From Octopus sinensis (lineage: Eukaryota): a stretch of DNA of 64,000 nucleotides. Under the pieces are notes generated by a model. The model did not search any database and had not been told where the DNA came from. It worked only from the letters and a program-made list of their open reading frames with translations. How positions within the stretch are numbered: position 1 is the first letter of the stretch; every line of letters starts with the position of its first letter. A program made the position numbers and the translations under genes. The stretch covers positions 161,076,001 to 161,140,000 of the forward strand of contig NC_042999.1 of the NCBI RefSeq assembly GCF_006345805.1. Reading direction: 5' to 3'. This document shows, piece after piece, positions 12,668 to 25,911 of the stretch.

Positions 12668-15329
12668 AGGGAGAGCTCAGCAAATAATTTGGACTGCAGC
12701 ATTTACAGGTCCCGAAGCGGAAGTCTTGGGAAGGCAACTTTAGATAATATTACATAGATTTGTGGACGGCGTGTTGTATCATGATATGTGTATCATATGT
12801 GTAAGGCAGTGATACAGAAAGAGACTTACTCTTCGTATCATCAACAACAACAATCACATAACAATAGAATTATAGTGTACTTATATGACACGCCTTCCAC
12901 GCTGATACTCTGATGAAACAGATTAATCTATAACTTGAAGTAATGCTAAAAAGAACAGTAACGGCAACCATATTGTGTGGTGAATGTTTAAACAAAATCA
13001 CTTTTGTGTTCTTATATAAAAGATAAAATAAATATTTGTACAAACCGTGTTATATGAACAAACAACTTACCCACTGAAACATATTGACTGATTAAATCAA
13101 CGTTGAGATTACAAAGTGTTTGTTTAGTTACCACTACATCCATTCAATGCAAGCTTTTCGTCTTTAAGGCGTGGGTCTGGCTTTTCCGCTGCTGATTTTT
13201 AAGAAATAAAGAAAAAAACTCGATGAAAGGTTTACAGAATACTGCAGTTGTTTATTTGCTTATTGATTTCTTATATCAGTGAAATCTTTAGATTTATAAT
13301 CGGTGAGTATGAGCTTTTGCGGCAGTCATGCCTTTCTCAGGTTCTTTAGTTTACTTTAGCCTCCACGGTCAAGACCGGCCAAGCTAGAGCATTGCTTTTA
13401 ATGCCATACAAACTGGAGATTGAGTTGTTGCAAGCGTTGACTTCCACTAAAAACCCTTTCACTTCCCTCATCATGATCTTCGAAAGGATTGTCACACTTC
13501 ACCTCGGTCCTAAAATACAAGGCTTTTGTACTGATTTTAAAAACAAAAATATACTTAAACCTAAGACTTTCATCCAAGATTTGTTAGTACAATCCATGAA
13601 TTTTAAAAAGATGGGGTGAAATGAAATTGTGAAACGTTCATACTTTATAAAATTCATTATTAACTCAAGGGAAGTGAAACAACTATTAACTGGGATTGAA
13701 ACTAGTTCTCAATACTTTCTTTCTATTGGTAGAGAGAATTTGTATTCTAAAGAGAAAGGGTAAGCAGCCAAGGAGCAAAATAGACGCCAGAATTCGATCC
13801 CCGATTGTTGTTTTATCTCGATTTTTTTTTTACTCCATTAATACTCCTGTAAAATCAGAAACCTCAGAGATTCCCAATCACTTTTTCCATATACATATGA
13901 TGCAGTGTGTTAATGGAAGAAATATCGATGTTAGTACCACTGAGGTCGTTTCTAATTACTGTGACAGTTACAGTCATGAAACAGTAATGGACGGTGGTGG
14001 ATAGAAACAGCGGTAGAGCGTCAGGCATTTTGCCTGAGGATATTCAATGACGTCCTTTATGTTCTGAGTTAAGTTCTTTCATTCTTCCGGTGTCTATAAA
14101 ATAAGTGCCATTCAAATAGTTTACTCAATTTAATTAACTATAGTCATCCGTCAACAAGAAATTAAATTGCTCAATTTGCAGTGCAATTTCTATATCAAGT
14201 TGTTGATTTGGAAGCCTCCAGTGACGGAAAAAATACTTCGCAATGTTTATATTTTTTTCGTGTCCTCGCTAAAGCAGAGTGTCGGTTCTGCGATCCGGTG
14301 TCTTTTCCAGTCCTTTCCATATCTTTGATACCGTCGATATAATCAGAGAATGAATATACTGAGAAAAGAATAAACATTTTCTAGCAATGGAAATGTAGCT
14401 TGCAGAAGTCTGAACTTTGTTTATAATTTACACCCTGAACATAGAAAAAATTCCTACTACAAGGCACTGGCCTAAGGACTATTGCTTGAATCCGTATCAT
14501 TAATAGTTGAATGGAAAATGCAATTTACAAATTGGGGACGCGATCTCAGTGCCTATACAAAAGCCAATTTGTAAGCTAAGGAAAATAAAAGCACTTCAAC
14601 TGAAAAATGAAACCGGATTTCTTTCATGAACGAATAAGAGGGTATCATTTTCAGGTACGGCACTTTTACCCTAATTTCTTTTTATCTTTCTAGAGGTGCA
14701 AACAGACCCGTCGCATGACGTTTAGGGCCCCCTGTAGCTTTTTGTTTCGAGGCCCCATCTCTTCAATCAAAATTCACAAACTACGCACCTTTATTATCTG
14801 CAAAAATCAAACAGCTTGTATTTTAGAATCATCACAGCAGACTCTGCTGTGATGATTCTAAAATGCAACACAAAAAAACCAACGGTATATCTTTTTTCTA
14901 CCCCTCTGTACATAGATAGATACACACACATACATACACACACACAAACTTCTGTGTGTATGTGTGTGTGTGTGTGTGAGTGTGCGCGCGAGCGTTCACA
15001 CACGCACGCCTTGATTTTGGTACAGAAAGAATTTTGTTTCCAGTTTTTGTTGCCTTAGGAGGTCAAAGACCGCTATTCTGTGTAGAAAGTGACCAGCTTT
15101 TCAACAGTATCAAATAACAACACCAATTATATATATATATATATATATATATATCATCAGCCGAAATTGTGAGGATAATCTGGTGCTTGACTGAAAGAAA
15201 GGAAATTTCGAATGACCCGTCCTTGTTTTCTTTGTATCATCTATCTGGATGTTTTGTTGACCCTTTTATATCACCTAGCTTGTCCGGATGTTTTGCGTTC
15301 TTGTCCCATTTACATATATATATTATATA

Positions 15330-15407
<78 letters not shown>

Positions 15408-15415
15408 TATGTTAT

Positions 15416-15953
15416 AATTAGGCTCAGCAAAGATTTGCTTTACCACATACCGAAGTTTAGAAATAACAGCCAGAGAACCTTAGCTATTTCCTCTACTTTA
15501 AAAAGAGATTCCCGGACAAAAACAAAGTACTCGAAAACAATACATGCAGGCAGAGATGAAGAATAAACGAAAATCAATCGGTATTTGATTACCCATGTAC
15601 GGGTTTCAGAATTAGTTCGGTATAAAGAATGTAGAATTTATACTTTACCCAAACACTTTCCTCGTCAGCATGGGACTTCACAATATAAAATAATATTAAA
15701 TCTGGGGGCACTGGAAGAATCAAATCTACCTTTCCAACCAACAGAATTAGACAGACTACCTTCAACGTCCAGTACCGCCGAATTCAAAAATATACGAATG
15801 AGGTTCATCACTTTTCCCTTGCTATCCATTGTTTTCGAGTACTTTGTTTTTGTCCAGGAATCTCTTTTTAAAGTAGAGGAAATAGCTAAGTTTCTCTGGC
15901 TGCTATTTCTAAACTTCGGTATGTGGTAAAGCAAATCTTTACTGAGCCCTAAT
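15416..15953. mobile_element. foldback element with ~125-bp inverted termini and internal hammerhead (PLE pLTR/retrozyme-like)
   Basis: 15416-15541 is the near-exact reverse complement of 15829-15953. (TA)n array immediately upstream. Confidence 0.75.
15592..15674 (-). ncRNA. type I hammerhead ribozyme, long stem II
   Basis: Minus strand CCCATG-CTGACGA-GGAA..TTCT-GAAA-CCCG-TA|-CATGGG: 6-bp stem I, intact core, GUA cleavage triplet. Confidence 0.8.
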
Positions 15954-16079
15954 TATAAAATATTACTTAAATTTACCGAGAAATGGCCCCTTTTCATGCC
16001 GAATTCTACTTGGTGAAATTATTGATTACTCGTTAATTAATTAATTTTAACCTTTGTTATTATTGATATATATATATAT

Positions 16080-16308
16080 ATTTCTTTACTACCCACAAGG
16101 GGCTAAACACAGAGGAGACAAACAAGGACAGACAAACGGATTAAGTCGATTACATCGACCCCAGTGCGTAACTGGTACTTAATTTATCGACCCCGGAGGC
16201 TGAAAGGCAAAGTCGACCTCGGCGGAATTTGAACTCGGAACGTAACGGCAGACGAAATACGGCAACGCATTTCGCCCGGCGGGCTAACGTTTCTGCCAGC
16301 TCGGCGCC
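16080..16308 (-). mobile_element. SINE family A
   Basis: Full-length match to the family consensus. Confidence 0.9.
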
Positions 16309-16315
16309 TAGATAC

Positions 16316-16361
<46 letters not shown>

Positions 16362-16899
16362 GTGAATAAAGAAAGAGGGAGAAACAGAGAGACTAAGAGA
16401 CGTGTGTGTGGTACACGTCTAGCTCTCGCTCTCTCTCTGAGTTAGCCAAAGCCTTGCGAATGGACTTGGTAGACCAAAACAGATAAAAGCCAGACAGTAT
16501 ATGTGTGTGTGTGAGTGTATGTATGAATGTGTGTACGTATACTGTGTGTCTGTGTATGTATAGGTATACATCCCCACCTTTCATCACCATTGCTGGTCTT
16601 TCTTGTCTTTTCTCTTGAAGTTGTTCTTATTTTCATTGTCTTAGATTTCTTTCGTTTCTCTTTTATTTCCCTTGGGAATTCGCCGAAAAGCATTTTTCAT
16701 TTACTTTTTTTGTTTCTTTTAAAGTTATTTACGGTGACCCCTCGTATTTTTTTCCTCGTCTGACTTAAAATTTTCACTTAACATCTTAACCAAAGTAAAT
16801 AGACGGCTCATCTATGTAGTTTGCTCTTAATATGGGGCCCCTCAACTGCGGAGGCCCCCTGCGGCTGCAGGGACTTAGCGACGGCTCTGGGTGCAAAGC

Positions 16900-17260
16900 T
16901 TGAAAGTTTGTGAGGGTGGAATTAGCTGATTAGATCAACCCAAGTACTCAACGAGTACTTTATTTTATCGACTTCGAAAGGATGAAAGACAAAGTCCACC
17001 TCTGCGGAATTTGAACCCAGAACGTGAATACGGTAGAAATACATATTTCTTTATTACCCACAAGGGGCTAAACACAGTGGGGACAAACAAGGACAGACAT
17101 AGGTATTAAGTCGATTACATCGACCCCAGTGCGTAATTGGTACTTAATTTATCGACCCCGAAAGGATGAAAGGCAAAGTCGACCTCGGTGGAATTCGAAC
17201 TCACAACAATACCACTAAACTTTTTGTCCGGCGTGCTGTCGTTTCTGCTCGCTCGCTACC
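16900..17260 (-). mobile_element. two adjacent SINE A-type copies (older 16900-17040, younger 17044-17260)
   Basis: Two tandem occurrences of ATCGAC..GAAAGGATGAAAG..GAATTTGAAC. Confidence 0.8.
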
Positions 17261-18619
17261 TACTTTTATTCTAAATTAAGAAACAGAATGGAAATTCAAA
17301 CAATGACAGATTTCTTACACAAGAACAAACATTTGTAAGGAATGAAAAGCAATTAATGTAATCAACCTTTTTTTTAACACATGACAGGAGTTTACCTTAT
17401 CAGGATGTATATATGAAAAGCGAAATGAAACCCAGAAGGATTTGAACTCAGATCGTCTAGTGTAAGAACGTACATATCCTTTTACTTTTTATATCGGCAG
17501 TAAACTCAGTAAAACTGAAGTAGAGTATAATATCAAATGTATTATCGTGTTTGCACACGTCTATAACAAACTGAATGAAAATCAGCGCAGAAATAGCCAG
17601 CGTCACGCAAACCTTTCATCGGATGAGGAATTGGTTGGAAGGTACCTGATTTTTTATTTTACTTTATTTTATTTTATCTCTGAGTTTCCGCTCTTAAACA
17701 GTAGCTTTCATTTAACACCGCTGTTATCCATATCAAGCAAAATTCAATAAAACGAATCGGTTATATAATTACACTGAAGCGTTTACCGATTTACCTATTT
17801 CTCTCATCTTCCCTTTGTCTGCCTACATACATGCACGCTCGCATACACACACACACACACACACGCATATACGTACCCATACACGTATACGTGCATGTGC
17901 ATGTGTGTGTGCGTGCGTGAACATGTGTATGTCTGTACATTTGCATTTTTTTTCTTTTCAAGCCGTTAAAGAGGCTACTTTAAGTTTGATTATCGTCAAT
18001 CTATAAATCAATCGGTTTTGTTCCCCCAAGAAGAAATCGGACAGGTTTAGACTTGTGAACAACAATCGCTGATGAAGTGTAAAGCACACCAACACACACG
18101 CACGCACACACCTACACACGCACACACGCACGCACATATATACATACACACATACACAAAGAATATAAGCAGGCTGAAGTAAACTGTGTAACTGCACTTC
18201 GTGAGGATTCGATAAAAAGTCTGGAAATGTTTGTAGATTCCTGTTAATGTGACAACATGAAACAATAACAAAAAAGAAAATGAAAATTGAATATTGAATA
18301 AATAAGATTTCCGCAAGATAGACGTCGTCAATATAACAGGATTTCACGCTTGGCTGATTATGATGACTTGACGTGTTTTACTTTTTTTTTTTTCTTTCTT
18401 TTCTCCGTTAAGAAAATCCTGTCTTTCACCGGATTTATTGACAGGAATTTAGACAACAGTTGAAAAAGAAAGAGAGAAAACAGACAAATAAATAAAATCC
18501 CTGGTTTCGTTTTGTTTTGGACTGACTTAAATAAGTGGCTTTCTAAGCCCTTCGTGCGTTTGGTGTTTGTATTCAATTTACTTGGTATATAAGGAGCTTC
18601 CGTCGTCTCATCTGTATTC

Positions 18620-20000
18620 TCAACTTATTTTTTTTTCTAACATCATTCGCTCTTCGCTCGATAAACTTTCTGGTACACTCACAACTCACACACATCATCC
18701 TTTATGACTTCATCAAATCCTTCATCCTTTGTGTCACAATATCTTCTAAATTTGATGTAGACTTTCTGTTTGAGGAAAACTTGTAATATCACGGATACAG
18801 TCTGGCCACAAACTTTTCCAAGAACTATTCAGAGTTGAAGATTTCACTCCATCCCATGACAGCTATATTCTTCAGAGCATCTATTGTTAATTATCTAATT
18901 GCAGGTTTAATTCGAACTGTAGGCTTATCCTCCTTGCCGATTGCTTTCAAAAGTGACTTGAAAGTTCTCATATAATATGCCTTGAAGTTAGCTATCACAA
19001 CTTCATTCATTGGCTGGAACAAAGAAGTTGTATTCTTGAAGATGGATTCCACTCTTACATTATCAGAAATGTCATCTAAGATCGCTGGGGGACTCGGTGT
19101 ATTGTCTAAAAGAAGCACTGTTTTGTTGGAAATATTATGTCTGACATTGTACCTTTCTATTGCAGGACGAAAAAAGTTTGTAGACCACTCTTTGAAAAGG
19201 CTCTTAGTCATCCATACCTTCTTTTTAAAACATCAAATCAGAAATAGACTAAACTTTGTGTAACCCTTGAAAGCCCTTGATACGTGTGTGAAGGCTATTG
19301 TTTCTTATTACTAGCGGCATCTCCTACCAAAATAAGTATCAGACGGCTTTTGGAAGCTTTAAGTTGATTTTTCTTCTTGAGAAATAAAAGTTCTAGCAGG
19401 CATGCACTTCTGGAAAAATGCAGTTTCATCAACATTGTACACTTGCTCTGGCTTCTAGCCCCATTCAGCAATCATTTTCTTCAACTGTTAAACTGATAAT
19501 TAGTTGCAGCCTCTGTACCAACGCTCGCAGTTTCACCAGTCATTTTGATGTAGTGCAAGTTCATGGGCTTCTTAAACTCTTCAAATCAGCCTTTACTGGC
19601 CAAAATGGTGTTTTCATGAGAAGTTTCACCTTCCTCTCTTTCTGCAAATCGTCATATAAACTTTTGGCTCATCGTATTTATCGGCACATTATGCTGTTTC
19701 TGATCTTTGATCTACAGACACAAGAGTCGTTCCACTGTAAACATTACATTAGATCTATAACAAAATAAGGCCCGGATTGTTAACAGAATAATTTCTTGAG
19801 CACTTGACATAATTTTCTCTCTGTTGTCACGTATTGTTACCGCTGTGGACGTTGTAAGATTCAAATTTTGGGCAATAAAACTTAGTTTTACTTCCACATC
19901 AATTTTTTTTATAATATCAGGTTTAATAACCTTTACGGTTCCTTTTCGCATTATTACCTGCATGACTACTTCATAGCTTCTTTGTAGACATCTTACGTTG
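18620..20000 (-). mobile_element. Tigger/pogo (CENP-B-like) transposase relic
   Basis: DDE_1-like LLLLDNTPSPP..KNTTSLFQPMNEVVIANFKAYY and an N-terminal HTH (AQNLNLTTSTAVTIRDNREKI). TIRs not found, so boundaries are approximate. Confidence 0.85.
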
Positions 20001-20429
20001 AAGGCAAATGCAACAAATGTGTAATAACAACAATTAGCCCAGGAAAGATCTGACGTGTGAGAGCGGAAAATTGTCTTATTTCTTTGGATGTAATAACGAA
20101 ATTGAGATGAAAAGAGGAAAAAAGGAAAAGGTGAGAAAATGTGATGAGAAGGTGAGAAAGGGGCAAGATTTCTGCCCGTCCCCACCAAAAAAAACCCACC
20201 CTTTTTTAAAACTTTTTTTTTTGACACAAACGCCCCCTTTCGGCAACAGGGAATACGAATCTGCAAAAAAAAATTAGCAAAAATCGACATTTCTAAATTA
20301 CCACCCCCAACCCCATTTCCTTCATTATAAACTTTTTTCAGAATTTTTTTTCTCAAAATATGTGGGAAAATACAGATGTCAGGATTCGGACAAAAATTTC
20401 AAAACATTTCTGTACTTACGATTATGGTT

Positions 20430-20544
20430 TTAGAGTTAGGGTTAGGATTAGGGTTTTAGGGTTAAGGATATGGTTTTAAGGTTAGGGCTAGGGTTTTAGG
20501 GTTAGGGTTAGGGTTAGGGTTTTAGGGTTAGGGTTTTTGGGTTA
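20430..20544 (+). repeat. interstitial degenerate telomeric (TTAGGG)n
   Basis: More than 12 TTAGGG/TTTTAGGG variants. Confidence 0.9.
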
Positions 20545-21232
20545 CTGTTACGGAAAAAAGTAAAAATTGAAGAAGTTGGGGGAAGGGGGAAATTTTCACA
20601 ATGCCGATTTTTGGCAATTTTCCGGAACCTCCATATCCGAAAACGGGGATTTTTGGCAAAAAATTTTTTAAATAAGCAAATTTGGGAGAAAATGGTGGTG
20701 GTGGTGGGGGGCGGCCGGAAGGCTTTCCGAGAAAGGAAAATGTGAGAAAGGAAGAGAAAGTACTACAAGATTACAGCTAGCAGAAGGGTCACCAGATTTT
20801 GTAGGCAGTTCGCTCCTTGCACTTAAGAGATAAATATTTACACACGCACTCACACACCAACACTCACACACACACACACACACTCATACGCACCAACATT
20901 CACATAAAAACACTCATACACACACAAACACAAATACATACACACGCACACACACACACACACACCACACACACACACACACACGCACGCATATTGGCGT
21001 ACTTATTGATGTCTCTTGTAGTCAGTTGGATTCAAGAGTTGTTGAGTTGATAGTGGTGAGATGTAGATTGCATTGGCTTCGATGTTGGTGATGATGGGCG
21101 CATATTGCTTCTGCTGTGATATTTATTATTGTTCTTGCTAAGTGTATTTTTGTGGCTGTTTAGTCTCAAGTCAATCCTCAGAGAGCTAAAGTCAAAGATA
21201 CTCTCATTTAACGTTTAAAATACACGAAGATA

Positions 21233-21466
21233 CCTATTTCTTTACTACCCACAAGGGGCTAAACACAGAGGGGACAAACAAGGACAGACAAACGGATTAA
21301 GTCGATTATATCGACCCCAGTGCGTAACTGGTACTTAATTTATCGACTCCGGAAGGATGAAAGGCAAAGTCGACCTCGGCCGTATTTGAACTCAGAACGT
21401 AAACGACAGACAAAATACCTCTAGACATTTCGCCCGGCGTGCTATCGTTTCTGCCAGCTCGCCGCC
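21233..21466 (-). mobile_element. SINE family A
   Basis: Full-length match. Confidence 0.9.
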
Positions 21467-21833
21467 TTTTTTCTGATTTTTTGCTGATTTCGTGTCCAGA
21501 CAGGTTGTTGTAGTAAACTCGTTGCATGGTAAATTTAAGTTTCATTTGAAAATCACTACGATCTTGTATAAACGACTCCTTCAGTTAATTCATCTGAAGA
21601 TTAACCAGGTATTTAACAAGGCTGATAGTTGTGGCTTCAAAGTTGGAGATAGTATTCGTCGTATTTTCGATAATATTCATTGTATTTCGATAGTCTCCCA
21701 CACCAAATACACGACTTCTATGTATGTATACATGTATGTGTGTATGTATGTATGTATGTATGTATGTATGTATGTATGTATGTATGTATGTATGCATGTA
21801 TGTATCTTTCTCTCTTTCTCTCTCTCTTTCTCC

Positions 21834-21880
<47 letters not shown>

Positions 21881-21891
21881 CTTACATACAT

Positions 21892-21925
<34 letters not shown>

Positions 21926-22709
21926 ATAAATTAGAGAAGAACCGCCATGTAGCAATTCAACAATGATATATTTAAATCATACTATATAGAAAAATTAAAG
22001 ATACGATAAAATATTTATCTAGAACTAAATAAAGTACGAAATAATAAATAAATAGTATATAATTAGTAAATAGACTACACGTGTTTTGTGGCTATATTTT
22101 CAAATTGATAACAGTAAAATCGATTCAATTTAAATTTACTCAATCATCAGGTCCAAGATAAAAACAATAAAATAATTAAATAAATGTGTGTATATTATCT
22201 TATAAGAAAATATAAATATATATATAAAAATACTTAAGATTTCAATAAAAAAATCGATCAAAATTCAACAATATATCTTAAACAAAAACACAAAATATAT
22301 CAAATATATTCTGTTAGCTAAATCTTTAAACTTAATACGTAGGACTTAGTGTTTATAATAAATTTATCTCGTTAAAAACGTGGTGTAAATAAAACTATAA
22401 TAAATAGATAGAAATATTTATTTTATCTATGAAAATATATTTTAGCTTATAGACGAAAAAATAATAAACTATAGTATATCATTACTGGAAAATTAAAATA
22501 CAAGTAATTAAAACAAAATATTTAAAACAAAATATATATATGAAATACATAATATACATTAAGTGAAGCTAAAATACTATAATTTAATCTGTATCCATTA
22601 ATTAATTAATTTATTTATTTAATAAACGTCTTAGTTAAATCTTATTCTAATTATGTTATATATACTAAAAAAATTTCATGCTAACTTATATACATAATAC
22701 TACTACAAA

Positions 22710-22884
22710 CTTGACAACCGATGCTGGTGTGTTTACGTCCCCGTAACCTAGCGGTTCGACAAAAGACCGATAGAATAAGTACTAGGCTTACAAAGAATAA
22801 GTCCTGGGGTCGATTTCCTCGAATAAAGGCAGTGCTCCAGCATGGACGCAGTCAAATGACTGAAACAAATAAAAGTAAAAGAGA
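22710..22884 (+). mobile_element. SINE B, 5'-truncated
   Basis: TTGACAACCGATGCTGGTGTGTTTACGTCCCCG..GACTGAAACAAATAAAAG. Confidence 0.85.
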
Positions 22885-23912
22885 GCTATAATTACAATGC
22901 AGGGTACACGAGGCGCATGCGTTTCTTGTGCTTTGTATTTATTGTAATTATAGTTACTTATAATATTAGATTTTATATATATGTAGTGGTTCATGCAGGT
23001 AGGGCGTAGACTCGATCCTCAGTCGCGAAATTTGACTTAACAGTACTACGGACTTTTCCCATAGCGAAATATTAAGTTGACAAGAGTGACATTCAACAGA
23101 TGTCTTCCCTAAGCCGATTTATAACTTTGTTACTTGACCTGTTTTTGTATGTGGTGGAGAGTTAAATTTACAGAACAGTAGACCTCGTAAAATACCCATT
23201 TTTCGGATAACGGTATGTCTCTCTTTCTCACGATCTTGCGATAATTATATATACAGAAGATTCCCAAGCATACGTTAGTGAGAACCTAGTTGGCAAAAAG
23301 ATGACAGAGTGGCGACCACATGCAAAATCCAGTTAGTGAGATAATTCAACTGAGAGAAGTCTTACAGTGAGAATGTCAACTATGATACAGTGTCTTATCA
23401 CAACACCACTGCTGTTTGAATGTCCGGCACCATGAAGGTAGCATTTTATCGACTCCCTACATTTAACATTGAAGTGCAGAACAATAAAATTTTTATTTAA
23501 AATATTGCAGCTAAGGATAAAATTTGAATATTAAAAATTATTTGATCTTAGTTTACAAAGTAACATTATAATTAAAAAGGGTACCATCCTTTTGTTAAAA
23601 TATTGACACACTAGAATAATTAAAAAATGCAAGCCAGAAGTAACAATATAGCTAAAGTGTTATTCAAAGTAGAATAGTATATATGATAAGCAAATTCATT
23701 ATGTAAAAAATAGGCATTGGGTCAAGACTAAAAATGTGTAGACTTGGCAATAACTTAGGCAATAACTCAAGCAAATTTTACTGTGACTTTATTGTTATAG
23801 GTTTATTTTGCTGTAATATATAACTAATTTTTGTATTATTCTATTTATTGTACTAACTAATGATGTACTACTATTATTTTTTATAACCGATTTTCAAATT
23901 TCTAATTATTAA

Positions 23913-24267
23913 TCTCTCTATATATAAAGCTGAAGTTATCTGTGTATGGCAGGTTTAGTAGCCTTCAACTAACTCTATCTCCTCCGAGACCCTGTGGCGC
24001 AAGTTGACCAAAATTGAGAGTAAGATAGAAGAACGCTTGCTCTTCATTCCAAAAATTATTTACATCAAAAAGGTGCTTTTTTTCTATGAAAATCCCTATC
24101 TTTTACGGTTTTTTTACTGCTGTGTCGCCATTTTTCGGTGTATTTCAACCAGAAAAATGTTCACTTAAAGAGAATAAAAAGCTACATAATGCAAAATTTT
24201 TACTTTTTAAAAATTTAAATTCTAAAGGGTCGAAACAAATCCGAGCAACGCCGGGCGATACTGCTAG
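23913..24267 (+). mobile_element. complete non-autonomous Helitron (~355 bp)
   Basis: A|TC 5' end (TCTCTCTATATATAAAG), subterminal CGAGCAACGCCGGGCG, 3' CTAG|T. Inserted between A and T with no TSD, splitting an AT-rich repeat. Confidence 0.8.
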
Positions 24268-24622
24268 TTCATAATTAAAGGAATGAATCTTTTAAAGTGA
24301 AAAAAATATTTTATTGAGTTATTTTTTTTATTTTTAATAGAAGTAACAAGTAATAACAAATAGAAGTAATAACTTGTAATAAAATTTTTAGTTTTAATAA
24401 AAGCTAATATTTACAAAATTTAAATATTTTATTTGAAATTTTATCCTTAGCTGCAATGATTTAAGTATAAATTTTATTGTTCTGTACTTTACCAGATGTA
24501 ATAAGTTGTCCTGTACTTTTCCAAGTGTAATAACTTGTCCTGAACTTTTTTCCAGGTTTAATATCTTAGGAATATTATTTCTCTTGATCGCATTTTCCAT
24601 GTAATATCTCTAATGTAATTTG

Positions 24623-24700
<78 letters not shown>

Positions 24701-24809
24701 ATCCAAACAAGAAAACACACAAAAAACAAGAAAAAAAAAACACAACAACGCGAGGACGTGGAACAAATAAAGTATTATTGGACGCTCAGGAAAGAAGGGA
24801 AGAAGGAGG

Positions 24810-24844
24810 GTTTAACGTTTCGAGCTGAGCTCTTCGTCGGAAAC
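24810..24844 (-). ncRNA. minimal type I hammerhead variant (U4C) in a Penelope pLTR-like fragment
   Basis: Minus strand GTTT-CCGACGA-A-GAGC(TCA)GCTC-GAAA-CG-TT|-AAAC, with palindromic ACGT in stem III. Confidence 0.6.
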
Positions 24845-24910
24845 ATATAATGTTTGTGTGTATATATATTATCTATTACATAATGTTTGTGTGTGTGTAT
24901 GTGTTTGTGG

Positions 24911-25292
<382 letters not shown>

Positions 25293-25911
25293 GTCACGCC
25301 TCCTTCCTTCAAACGGGAAGGAAGAGCTATTTTTATCATACTTGTGGCTATGGCAAAATAATGTATCTGGTGAACGCGCCTGAAAGGATTAGAGACAAAC
25401 ACTTTCCTCTCTGGTCAATCTCTCATCAACTTCTTCAAGTATCACTTGAAGAGGAAAGTGAGAGTAGAGAGGCAAGTTTTGTCTAATAAATTTAAAAAAA
25501 AAAGATGGGTGAATGTAGCAAGGATGGCACGTATGAATGACGAATCCACCTTGACTATGATTCTATGAACCGTAAAAATTAATTCAAAGAGTTGCTTATT
25601 TGCAAAAAAAAAAGAAATATAACATGTGACTTCATTGACCGAGGTTACCGTGGTCTTTTCCGTAGGCTTTTCTTTCCACGGGTAAACCTCACCTGTCCTC
25701 CCCTTTACACTTCATATTGACATTTCTGTGATAACAATCCCTATTGATCAAATTCCCCCCCCCCTTTTTTTAAAATTTATTCCCCCCCTTTTTTTTTGTC
25801 CTCTTTCTTTCTTTCCATTTACGATCCCTTTTGATCGAAAACCAAAAGAAAAGCTCTACCTTGTAATTTTGTCCTGTCTGTGTGCAGCCCTGTGTGGCTA
25901 ATAAAGAAACA

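Noticed and set aside
14700-14765. GGGCCCC-rich MITE-like snippets (also 16833-16890)
   Set aside because: No paired termini or TSD found.
18065-18095. CTGATGAAGTGTAAAGCAC hairpin
   Set aside because: No GAAA or stem III; runs into a (CA)n repeat.
22090-22155. Minus-strand CTGATGA..GAAA
   Set aside because: No stem I partner and a misregistered stem II; likely chance in AT-rich DNA.
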